A stretch of 36,576 bases of DNA, from positions 1 through 36,576 of the forward strand of contig DASZGP010000051.1 of assembly GCA_035938695.1 (NCBI GenBank). The letters are read 5' to 3'. The stretch comes from Candidatus Dormiibacterota bacterium. Lineage in GTDB: Bacteria; Chloroflexota; Dormibacteria; DASZGP01. How positions within the stretch are numbered: position 1 is the first letter of the stretch; the number at the start of each line of letters is the position of its first letter. Below the pieces are notes generated by a model. That model was not told where the DNA came from and searched no databases. It worked only from the letters and a program-made list of their open reading frames with translations. The position numbers and the translations under genes were made by a program. This document shows, piece by piece, positions 1-6,916 of the stretch.

Positions 1-117
1 CAGGTCGCGGACCACCCGCGCCGCCGAGGCCCGGGAGACCAGCCGCAAGGGCTCGCCCGGCCCCGAGCCGGCCTGGCGGCTCTCCAGCGCCTCCTTGCGG
101 AAGATCGAGCCCTTCAC
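1..117 (-). CDS. HlyD-family secretion adaptor (membrane-fusion protein). Only the N-terminal 39 codons are present; the gene runs off the left edge.
   Basis: A reverse-strand GTG at 117 lies 1 nt after the lanB stop (TGAcGTG). It reads VKGSIFRKEALESRQAGSGPGEPLRLVSRASAARVVRDL in frame to base 1. The FRKEALE..G..L start resembles the N-termini of bacteriocin/HlyD-type export adaptors. It is absent from the ORF track because it is truncated. Confidence 0.45.
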   Translation of the reverse strand, partial: MKGSIFRKEALESRQAGSGPGEPLRLVSRASAARVVRDL

Positions 118-118
118 G

Positions 119-3100
119 TCAGGTCCGGGCGGCCCGCGAGAGGTAGAGGCGGTCGAGGAAGTCGTAGATCACCAGCTCCTGGGCCCGCGCGGCCGAGCGC
201 AGCAGGCGGTTGAGGTGCATGTGGACCAGGCTGGCGCCGAGGTCGGGCAGGGGGATCATCAGCTGGCCCTTCTCGCGCAGTTCGTGGATCCGGGCCACCG
301 GCCCCGCCAGGGCGGCGTTGCGGGCGTCGAGGATCTGGATGCCGGGGGCGATCTCGCCGCCGTCCCAGCCGGGGTCGATCAGGTTCTGGACTTCGGCGGT
401 CAGGCCGCGGTAGCGGTCGGCGACCTGCTTTCGCAGCCCGCCGTCGTCGCCGAACTCGCGGCGGTAGGAGTCGCGCAGCCGGCGCAGCAGGGTCCGCTTG
501 GCCTCGGCGTCCAGCCCGAGGGCGGTCAGGAGCTGGTCGGAGCCGCGCAGGCCGAGCTTCCAGCGGGCGTCCATGCCGGCGTCGCCGGCGAGCAGCTCGA
601 CGATGCTCAGGACCGCCTCGCTGTCGGCCCAGAAGAGCTGCTCGCAGACGTCCATTGAGGAGGGGCCGTAGCGCTCCAGCTCGCGCTGGTAGGTGTCCAG
701 CATCAGGCGCGAGACGGTGTGGTCGCGGAGCAGCGGCTCGAGCGTGGCCTCGAGGTTGGGCAGGAACTCGCCGAGCAGGCGGCGGGGGTCGCCATGGAGG
801 CGCAGCCGGAGGTGCCAGTCGGGGTCGGCGTAGCGGATGAAGAACCAGCTGTCGGCGGCGCCGGTGGCGATCGCCTGGCGGGTCAGCGGCGCCAGCACGT
901 CGCGCAGCAGGGCGTCGGCGGTCGAGGTGCCGCAGTAGAGCTTGAGGTAGAGCCACTCCGAGCCCGGGGCGTAGGTGCGGCGGACGTCGGTCTGGATCAA
1001 AAGCCGCCGCTCGGCCGGGTTCTCCCAGGCCGACTCGGTCATCGCCGGCTCGGCCGCCGGCGCCGCCACCACCTCGCCGGCGGGGTGCTCCGCCCTGCCG
1101 TTGGCCTCGGCCGGGACCGGCGCGCCCCGGCCCGCCTTGCCGCCCTTGGCCTCGGCGGGCGGGGTCGGGATCGCGGTCAGGGGTATCACCAGCTCGTTGG
1201 TGAAGGTCCCCTCGGGGCCCTCCGCGATCAGCGTCTCGCGGCTGGCGAACGGCTCCACCAGGGTCACCTGGGGCCGCTTCTTGAGCAGCTGCACGAAGGT
1301 CTCCACGCTGAGCGCGTTGTCGAAGTCGACCCACAGCTCGTTGTCGGCGTCGCTGACCGCCACCCAGCGGGGCATCGAGAGCCGGGCGCGCATCTCCTGG
1401 GCGGCACCGAAGCGGGCGTCGGGGGTCGGCAGGTCGAGCTTCTTGATCTCGTCGCGGGGGACGTTCCAGCGGGCCCGGCTGAGCACCGTGTTGCCGCTGA
1501 CCACCCGGGGCAGGAAGGGGGCCCCCTGGAAGGGACCCCAGTCCCAGCCCAGGTCGGAGTTGACCCCCTGCATCTGCAGGGCGCAGAGGAAGCGGTAGAT
1601 GCCGACGCTGCGGAGCCCGTAGTTGTGGGCCGAGCTGAGCCGGGGGACGATCTCCCGGTTGAGCCGCTTCGAGCGCAGCACCACGCGGTCGCCGGCGACC
1701 GCGACCATGATGTCGTCGACGCCGATCTGCATCTCCGCCGGGGCTCCCGAGCGGCCCAGGTAGGCGATCTCGTACTGGCGCAGGACGGGACGCATGACGA
1801 TGTTGCCGATGCGGCCCTCGGGCAGGTGGACGACCTCGGCGAAGATCGCCTCGGGGCTGCCCGCCTCCTCCTCGCGGAGGTGCTCGCCGACCTGGCGCTC
1901 GAGCTCGGGGTCGGCGTGGCAGAAGCGGCCCAGCAGGCGCGCGCCCGAGGGCCCGAAGGCGCCGTGGTAGTACATCCTGGTCTTGCCCTGGCCGGCCTCG
2001 CCGCGGGCCACCTCGACCACGCAGGACAGCGAGCGGGGGAGGGGCACGTTGCCGGGCGCCGGCAGGGCGTCGAGGTCGGCGTTGGTGATGGCGATCTCGT
2101 CGCGGCCCTCACGGTAGGCCTCGCTGAGCTTGCGCAGGGTCAGCGACTGGAGCGCCCGCCAGCGCACCGACTCGTCCATGCTGCCGGGGAAGTTGATCCC
2201 CTGGAGCAGCGGCGAGGCCTCGGCGCCGGGGGCGTTGGAGCGGTCGAAGCCGATCCCCACCTCCTCGTCGAGGACCAGGTTGAGCGGCACCTCGGTCGAC
2301 TCGTAGCGCTCGCGGAAGGCGTCCCGGAAGGCGCTCAGGCCGTCGCGGCCGCCGCCCCCGCCGCGCAGGCGGTAGAGCATCCGGATCACCCGCTCGACCT
2401 CCGACAGCACCTCGGGGCCGACGGTGGCGCGCTCCACGGGCTTGACCAGGTCGAGCTGGAAGAGGCGGTTGAGCTCCACCGGCGCGGGCAGCTCGCCGAG
2501 CGACTCGGCCAGGGCCCGGTACTCCGCCGGCGGGGTCCCCGGCGGCTCCTCCTCGCGGCGCTCCAGCCACTTCTCGGCGGCGTCCATGGTCTTGGCCACC
2601 AGCTCGGCCTCGGGGATCGCGGCCAGGCGGCGGACCAGGATGCCGACCGGCTCCTCGCCGGTGATCTCCGGTTCCAGGTCGCTGACCAGGAGCTGGCTGT
2701 CGATCAGCTCGTCGACGAAGCCGAGAGCCTCCTCGATCGAGATGTCGGGCTCCACCAGGGCCTGGGCCAGCTCCTGGCGGGTGGCGCCGGCGGCGGCGCG
2801 GCCCAGGGTGGCGTTGAGGTAGTCGGAGTCCTCGACCGCCACCAGGCGGTGCTGGCGCTGCTTGTTGCGGAAGCGGGCCTCGACGTAGCGGAGGCGGCCG
2901 GCGGCGCGGTAGATGCTGCTGTTGGGGCGCCAGTGGAGGCGTTCGCGGATCTGGGTGTCGGTCTCCAGGTTGCTGACCAGGCCGGCCACGTACTCCATGT
3001 CCAGTCGCACGTGGCGGCGGTAGGTCGAGCGCGGGCCGAGCTCGAGGGTGGTCTCGTCGCCGGTGGTGCCGACCGAGCAGCCGGCGAAGAGCCCGAAGGG

Positions 3101-3436
3101 CGTCGGGCGGGTGCACATCCGCGAGAAGTAGCGGACCAGGGAGCGCTCGGCCCGGGTGCCGTTCTCGCTCTCCGGGTCGGCCTCCCAGGCGGCCAGGGCG
3201 GAGTCCAGGTCGGGGGAGGCGACGAAGAGCGCCTCGCGGACCTCGGGGCGGGCGATCAGCTCGCGCAGCCGGGCCCGCAGCGTCTGGCGGTCGGCCTTCA
3301 GCGCCGCCGCCCGGTCGCCCTCCGGCGCGGCCGGGGCGGCCAGGCCCTCGCCCCAGTCGAGGAACTCGGAGATCGGCAGCAGCGGCGTCCGCAGGGCGAA
3401 GAAGCCGGCGGGGCGGAGCTTGGCCTCCAGGCTCAT
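119..3436 (-). CDS. lanB: Class I lanthipeptide dehydratase LanB (full length, with glutamylation and elimination domains)
   Basis: 1105-aa ORF. The N-terminus FFALRTPLLPISEFLDW is typical of Lant_dehydr_N (PF04738 type). The C-terminal region EWLYLKLYCG...WFFIRYADPDWHLRLRLHG is typical of the SpaB_C/Lant_dehydr_C elimination domain (PF14028 type). ATG at 3436, TGA at 119-121. Confidence 0.93.
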   Translation of the reverse strand: MSLEAKLRPAGFFALRTPLLPISEFLDWGEGLAAPAAPEGDRAAALKADRQTLRARLRELIARPEVREALFVASPDLDSALAAWEADPESENGTRAERSLVRYFSRMCTRPTPFGLFAGCSVGTTGDETTLELGPRSTYRRHVRLDMEYVAGLVSNLETDTQIRERLHWRPNSSIYRAAGRLRYVEARFRNKQRQHRLVAVEDSDYLNATLGRAAAGATRQELAQALVEPDISIEEALGFVDELIDSQLLVSDLEPEITGEEPVGILVRRLAAIPEAELVAKTMDAAEKWLERREEEPPGTPPAEYRALAESLGELPAPVELNRLFQLDLVKPVERATVGPEVLSEVERVIRMLYRLRGGGGGRDGLSAFRDAFRERYESTEVPLNLVLDEEVGIGFDRSNAPGAEASPLLQGINFPGSMDESVRWRALQSLTLRKLSEAYREGRDEIAITNADLDALPAPGNVPLPRSLSCVVEVARGEAGQGKTRMYYHGAFGPSGARLLGRFCHADPELERQVGEHLREEEAGSPEAIFAEVVHLPEGRIGNIVMRPVLRQYEIAYLGRSGAPAEMQIGVDDIMVAVAGDRVVLRSKRLNREIVPRLSSAHNYGLRSVGIYRFLCALQMQGVNSDLGWDWGPFQGAPFLPRVVSGNTVLSRARWNVPRDEIKKLDLPTPDARFGAAQEMRARLSMPRWVAVSDADNELWVDFDNALSVETFVQLLKKRPQVTLVEPFASRETLIAEGPEGTFTNELVIPLTAIPTPPAEAKGGKAGRGAPVPAEANGRAEHPAGEVVAAPAAEPAMTESAWENPAERRLLIQTDVRRTYAPGSEWLYLKLYCGTSTADALLRDVLAPLTRQAIATGAADSWFFIRYADPDWHLRLRLHGDPRRLLGEFLPNLEATLEPLLRDHTVSRLMLDTYQRELERYGPSSMDVCEQLFWADSEAVLSIVELLAGDAGMDARWKLGLRGSDQLLTALGLDAEAKRTLLRRLRDSYRREFGDDGGLRKQVADRYRGLTAEVQNLIDPGWDGGEIAPGIQILDARNAALAGPVARIHELREKGQLMIPLPDLGASLVHMHLNRLLRSAARAQELVIYDFLDRLYLSRAART

Positions 3437-3440
3437 GACT

Positions 3441-3522
3441 GACGAGCCATCCGCGAGCGGAAGCGGATCATGACCGACGCGCCCATCCGCGAGCGGAAGC
3501 GGATCATGGACGAGCCATCCGC
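3441..3522 (-). repeat. Intercistronic direct repeats with embedded hairpins between lanC and lanB
   Basis: The 26-nt unit ccatccgcgagcggaagcggatcatg occurs at 3447-3472 and 3483-3508 (identical copies, 36-nt period). A third partial copy, gacgagccatccgc, lies at 3509-3522 (compare 3441-3454). Each unit contains the inverted repeat ATCCGC-N8-GCGGAT. On the mRNA strand there are three GCGGAUGG and two AUCCGC elements, which allows alternative pairings. Confidence 0.8.
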
Positions 3523-3535
3523 AGGCCTAGGATGC

Positions 3536-4831
3536 TCATGCCCGCTGCGCCGCCCGCGGCGAGGGCGCCATCAGGAGCAGGTGGTCCCAGCGCGGCTGGT
3601 GGGGCTCGGTCGCGGCCAGGATCACCAGCAGCAGGCCGCAGACGCCGGTCAGCAGCCCGGGGTCGTCCTCGAAGTCGCGCGAGGGGCCCCAGGCCTGGTA
3701 GCCGGCGATGCCGGTGCCGGGCTTGCGCATCTTCAGCATCTGCTCCAGCCAGCGGCCGGCGGCCTCGCGCAGCTCCGCGCGGCCGGTGGCCTGGTAGAGC
3801 CGGTTGTACATGTGGGCCAGGCCGGCGGCGCCGTGGCAGATGCCGGCGTCGATCACCCCGCACTCGTCCATGGGGCGCTGGGAGGCGGCCACCGCCATCT
3901 CCAGGGCCTGGGCGGCGAGGTCGTCGTAGCCGGCGGCGTCGGCGCCGACCCAGAGCCCGATGGCGGCCCCGGGGTCGCCGTAGCACCAGGCGCTGCGGGA
4001 GGCCGCGTACTCGGCCTCGGCGCCGGTGAAGGCCGGCAGGGTGGCGCCGGGCTTGGGGTCGGCGAGGCGGGAGGACAGCATCCAGGCGGCCGCGCCCTCG
4101 AAGAGGCGGCGGGCGCGCTCGACCTCGATGCCCTCGGCGATGGCCTGGCCGAGGAAGCCCAGGGGCCCCGGGATGCCGTGGGCCAGGCCCAGGTTGTAGT
4201 AGCCGCTGGGGTAGCGCTCGGCGGTCTCCTGGAGCATCATCGTGGCCGGCGTGTGCCAGCTGATGCCGACCGCCATCGGCTCGCTCATCTCGTCCATCCG
4301 GCGCACGATCTCGGCGACCAGGTCGCGGGCCACGGGGTTGGGGAGGCGGGAGAGGGCGTAGACCCCGAAGCCGGTCAGCCCGCTGACGATGTCGTAGTCG
4401 CGGCGCCAGGTGTCGCCCTTGAGGTGGGTCAGGAGCAGCTCGTCGATCTCCTGGGTGGCGGACTCCTCGGGCACCTCCAGCAGGCGGCCCTCCATCAGGG
4501 AGAGGGTGGCGGCCACGCCGACGAAGCCGGAGAACAGCGACGGCGGCATGATCTCCGAGCTGATCAGCTCGGCCGCCTTGTCGACCTGGGCCAGGGCGAT
4601 CTCGCCGGCGCCCTCGCGGCCGGCCGTGTGCAGCTCGGCGAAGAGCAGGGCCTGGCCGGCGTGGCCTCCGGCGAAACCGGCGGCGCCGCCGGGGAACTTC
4701 TCCTCGACCACCTTGCCGGCCGCGATCAGCTCGCGCAGGGCGGCTTCGAGGTCGGCGCCGGTGGCGCGGGCGGATTCCAGCAGGCTGCCTTCGGCGATCG
4801 GCTTCCAGTCGGTGACGATGGTCTCGGTCAT
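3536..4831 (-). CDS. lanC: Lanthipeptide cyclase LanC
   Basis: 431-aa ORF with the LanC signature residues: GLAHGIPG, SAWCYGDPG (Zn-ligand Cys) and GICHGAAGLAHMY (Cys-His Zn ligands). This is LANC_like (PF05147 type). ATG at 4831, TGA at 3536-3538. Confidence 0.93.
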   Translation of the reverse strand: MTETIVTDWKPIAEGSLLESARATGADLEAALRELIAAGKVVEEKFPGGAAGFAGGHAGQALLFAELHTAGREGAGEIALAQVDKAAELISSEIMPPSLFSGFVGVAATLSLMEGRLLEVPEESATQEIDELLLTHLKGDTWRRDYDIVSGLTGFGVYALSRLPNPVARDLVAEIVRRMDEMSEPMAVGISWHTPATMMLQETAERYPSGYYNLGLAHGIPGPLGFLGQAIAEGIEVERARRLFEGAAAWMLSSRLADPKPGATLPAFTGAEAEYAASRSAWCYGDPGAAIGLWVGADAAGYDDLAAQALEMAVAASQRPMDECGVIDAGICHGAAGLAHMYNRLYQATGRAELREAAGRWLEQMLKMRKPGTGIAGYQAWGPSRDFEDDPGLLTGVCGLLLVILAATEPHQPRWDHLLLMAPSPRAAQRA

Positions 4832-4880
4832 GTTTGAAAGGCTACCCCCGGACCGCTGCCGACTCTAGGTCGTCAGGGCG

Positions 4881-4917
4881 AAAAAAGGACGGAGCCCGCG
4901 GGCCGCGGACTCCGCCC
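4881..4917 (-). terminator. Intrinsic terminator/attenuator between lanA (A1) and lanC
   Basis: The minus-strand RNA reads GGGCGGAGUCCGCG-GCC-CGCGGGCUCCGUCC followed by UUUUUU. This gives a 14-bp stem whose two non-Watson-Crick positions are G-U wobbles only in the minus-strand transcript; they would be C-A mismatches on the plus strand. It lies 24 nt after the A1 stop. Confidence 0.7.
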
Positions 4918-4940
4918 GGGTGGTTGGATTCAGGCCTGGC

Positions 4941-5198
4941 TCAGCAGGTGCAGGTCTTGTAGCAGGAGGCGTTGGTGATGCCTCCGGGGCACTCGCAGAT
5001 CGAGAGCTGAAGCCACGAGGTGTTGGGCTGGCAGGCGCTCGTGGGGCAGCTCAGGTTGCTGTTGAAGGGCGGCCCGTAGCAGAACTGCTCGCCCTGGGTG
5101 ATCGGCGGAATCCCGCCGGCGGCGCGCAGACCGGCGTCGGTCAGCTCGCGGATGGTCTCCCGGCTCAGCGCCAGGCGGCGCGAATCGAGTCCAGACAT
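4941..5198 (-). CDS. lanA: Lanthipeptide precursor A1: 29-aa leader and 56-aa core with 8 Cys and 12 Ser/Thr
   Basis: Sequence: MSGLDSRRLALSRETIRELTDAGLRAAGG | IPPITQGEQFCYGPPFNSNLSCPTSACQPNTSWLQLSICECPGGITNASCYKTCTC. The SD GGGAGGG lies about 9 nt upstream of the ATG at 5198; an alternative ATG at 5204 would add MG. The gene sits immediately upstream of lanC-lanB on the same strand. Confidence 0.85.
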   Translation of the reverse strand: MSGLDSRRLALSRETIRELTDAGLRAAGGIPPITQGEQFCYGPPFNSNLSCPTSACQPNTSWLQLSICECPGGITNASCYKTCTC

Positions 5199-5263
5199 AC
5201 CCATAGCCCTCCCGGTCAAATGGCGTACACGGCCGGCGTCGCGCCGGCCTTCCTTCCCTGGCG

Positions 5264-5295
5264 ACAATACAACCGGACCGGAGGGCCCACGTCAA
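5264..5295 (-). promoter_or_regulatory. Putative promoter of the lanA1-lanCB operon
   Basis: On the minus strand, TTGACG (5295-5290) and TATTGT (5269-5264, a TAnnnT type) are present, but the spacer is long at about 20 nt. Downstream is a 5' leader with the hairpin GGCCGGCG-CGA-CGCCGGCC (5231-5249). Confidence 0.3.
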
Positions 5296-5334
5296 GCGCC
5301 TGTTACCCGATCGCGCCGGGAAACCGCGGGCGGG

Positions 5335-6183
5335 TCAGGCGCGGGGGGTGCGGTAGCGCAGGAAGAGGTGGTCGCGGTGGCGGTGGACGGTGCTCAGGCT
5401 CCACCACTCCGGGTGATCGGGGAGCAGCTCGACACCGCTGGCGAATCCCGGGCGGGGCTCGGCCGGGTCGGCCCCCTCCGCCTCGCGGCCGGCGACCACC
5501 GGTGAGACGGTCAGGAACATCTCGTCCAGCAGCCGCGCCCGGAGCAGCTGGCCCATCACCGCGGGCCCGCCCTCGGTGAGGACGACCTGGTGGCCCTCGG
5601 CGTGGATCGCCGCCAGCGCCGCGGCGGCGTCGACGCTGCCGGTGGCGGGGGCGCCTGCGCCTTCCCCGGCAGCGCCGGCCACCTCGACCCGGCAGGTGTC
5701 GGGGAGGGCGCCGGCCAGCCTCGCCGCCCCGGCCTCGGTGGTCAGCACCAGGGCGCCGGCCCGGATCGCGGGATGGGTGGGGTCGAGGTGCCCCCCGGCG
5801 GTCAGCAGCGCCAGTCGCGGCCGGGGCGCCCGGCCCAGGCGGTGGCGCAGCTCGGCCCAGTCCTCGGCCAGGTCGGGGTGGATGTGCTCGGCGGTCCAGA
5901 GGTGCTCGGGAGTCGCCCGCAGCGTCCCGGCGCCGATCACCACGGCGTCGGCGCAGGCTCGCAGGAGGCCCATCAGGAAGCGGTCGCCGGGGTTGCGGCC
6001 GCTGATCACCGAGCCGGCGTTGCGGCCGTCGCCGAGGGCCACCACGCCGTCGAGCGATCCGACGAAGTTGGAGTAGAGGACGCGCGGCGCGAAGCCCAGC
6101 CCCCCGGGGTACAGCGCCGCGACCCGGTCGGGGAGGGGATAGCCGGGCTGGTCGGCGCGGAGGAGCGCCTCGAGCGCCTCCAC
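5335..6183 (-). CDS. RibD C-terminal domain / dihydrofolate-reductase-like pyrimidine reductase family protein
   Basis: 282-aa ORF containing ...VVIGAGTLRA...LTEGGPAVMGQLLRARLLDEMFLTVSPVVAG, the pattern of the RibD_C reductase fold. GTG start at 6183, 7 nt after the folE stop. Confidence 0.7.
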   Translation of the reverse strand: MEALEALLRADQPGYPLPDRVAALYPGGLGFAPRVLYSNFVGSLDGVVALGDGRNAGSVISGRNPGDRFLMGLLRACADAVVIGAGTLRATPEHLWTAEHIHPDLAEDWAELRHRLGRAPRPRLALLTAGGHLDPTHPAIRAGALVLTTEAGAARLAGALPDTCRVEVAGAAGEGAGAPATGSVDAAAALAAIHAEGHQVVLTEGGPAVMGQLLRARLLDEMFLTVSPVVAGREAEGADPAEPRPGFASGVELLPDHPEWWSLSTVHRHRDHLFLRYRTPRA

Positions 6184-6190
6184 CGTGCCT

Positions 6191-6847
6191 CTACCGATCG
6201 CTCAGCGAGCGGTCGCAGGCGCTGAGGAACTCGTGGCGCAGGTGGGGGTCGGTCTCGTAGTTGCCGCGCCAGAAGGAGGTCCAGGTCTTGGAGTGGTGCT
6301 CCTTGACGCCCCGCATCTGGGTGCAGAGGTGGAGCGCCTCGAGGTGCACCGCGACGCCGTGGGGCTCGAGGATGCCCGCCAGCGCGTCGGCGATCTGCAC
6401 CCCCATCCGCTCCTGGACCGTGAAGCGGCGGGCGAAGATCCGCACCAGCCGGGTCAGCTTGGAGATGCCGATGATCTGCTCATGGGCGATGTAGCCCACG
6501 TGGGCGGTGCCGAAGAAGGGCAGCGAGTGGTGCTCGCAGAGGGCGTAGAAGTGGATCGGCCCCTCGATGATCTGGCTGATGTTGCAGTCCGGCCCTTCGA
6601 GGCACTCGGTGGGGAAGGCGGTCAGCAGCTTGGGGTCGCCCTCGTAGCCGGCGGTCGAGTCGTAGATCGCCTTGAGGAAGCGCTCGGGGGTGCGCTGGGT
6701 GCCGGGGGTGTCCATGTCCATGCCCAGGGCTGCGAAGATTTCGGCGATGTACCCCTCGAAGCGCGCCCAGTCCGCCGGCGGGATGTCACGGGGGCTGGTC
6801 TGCTCCCAGGGGGATGTCTCTTCGGGGTCGATCGCGATGTTGGCCAA
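6191..6847 (-). CDS. folE: GTP cyclohydrolase I (FolE type)
   Basis: Contains TPERFLKAI...FYALCEHHSLPFFGTAHVGYI...IGISKLTRLVRIFARRFTVQERM. The likely start is the TTG at 6847, preceded by cAGGAGGacccc. The longer ORF-track version (to 7198) is Pro/Arg-rich and unlikely to be translated. Confidence 0.88.
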   Translation of the reverse strand: MANIAIDPEETSPWEQTSPRDIPPADWARFEGYIAEIFAALGMDMDTPGTQRTPERFLKAIYDSTAGYEGDPKLLTAFPTECLEGPDCNISQIIEGPIHFYALCEHHSLPFFGTAHVGYIAHEQIIGISKLTRLVRIFARRFTVQERMGVQIADALAGILEPHGVAVHLEALHLCTQMRGVKEHHSKTWTSFWRGNYETDPHLRHEFLSACDRSLSDR

Positions 6848-6916
6848 GGGGTCCTCCTGTTGGCTCCATTGTTGGCCATCCGGCGCCGGCGCCGCATCGG
6901 GCTGAGGACGGACAGG

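Noticed and set aside
719-3442. 907-aa plus-strand ORF, plus other long ORFs (114-1334, 1264-2112, 2109-3116) overlapping lanB
   Set aside because: They are antisense or off-frame to a gene with clear LanB motifs. The translations are Arg/Gly/Ala/Pro-rich low-complexity sequence, typical of non-coding frames in very GC-rich DNA.
3447-3508. The two identical 26-nt direct repeats, considered as a possible mini-CRISPR array
   Set aside because: There are only two full copies with a 10-nt spacer, placed inside an operon between lanC and lanB, and no cas genes. I interpret them as an intercistronic RNA structure instead.
6185-6916. N-terminal 244 codons of the 687-aa plus-strand ORF, and similarly codons upstream of 30763 in the 449-aa MerR ORF (29966-31315)
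   Set aside because: These extensions are antisense to folE and to the SCP2 gene respectively, and have non-protein-like composition. Internal starts with SD-like sequences give proteins of normal family length.
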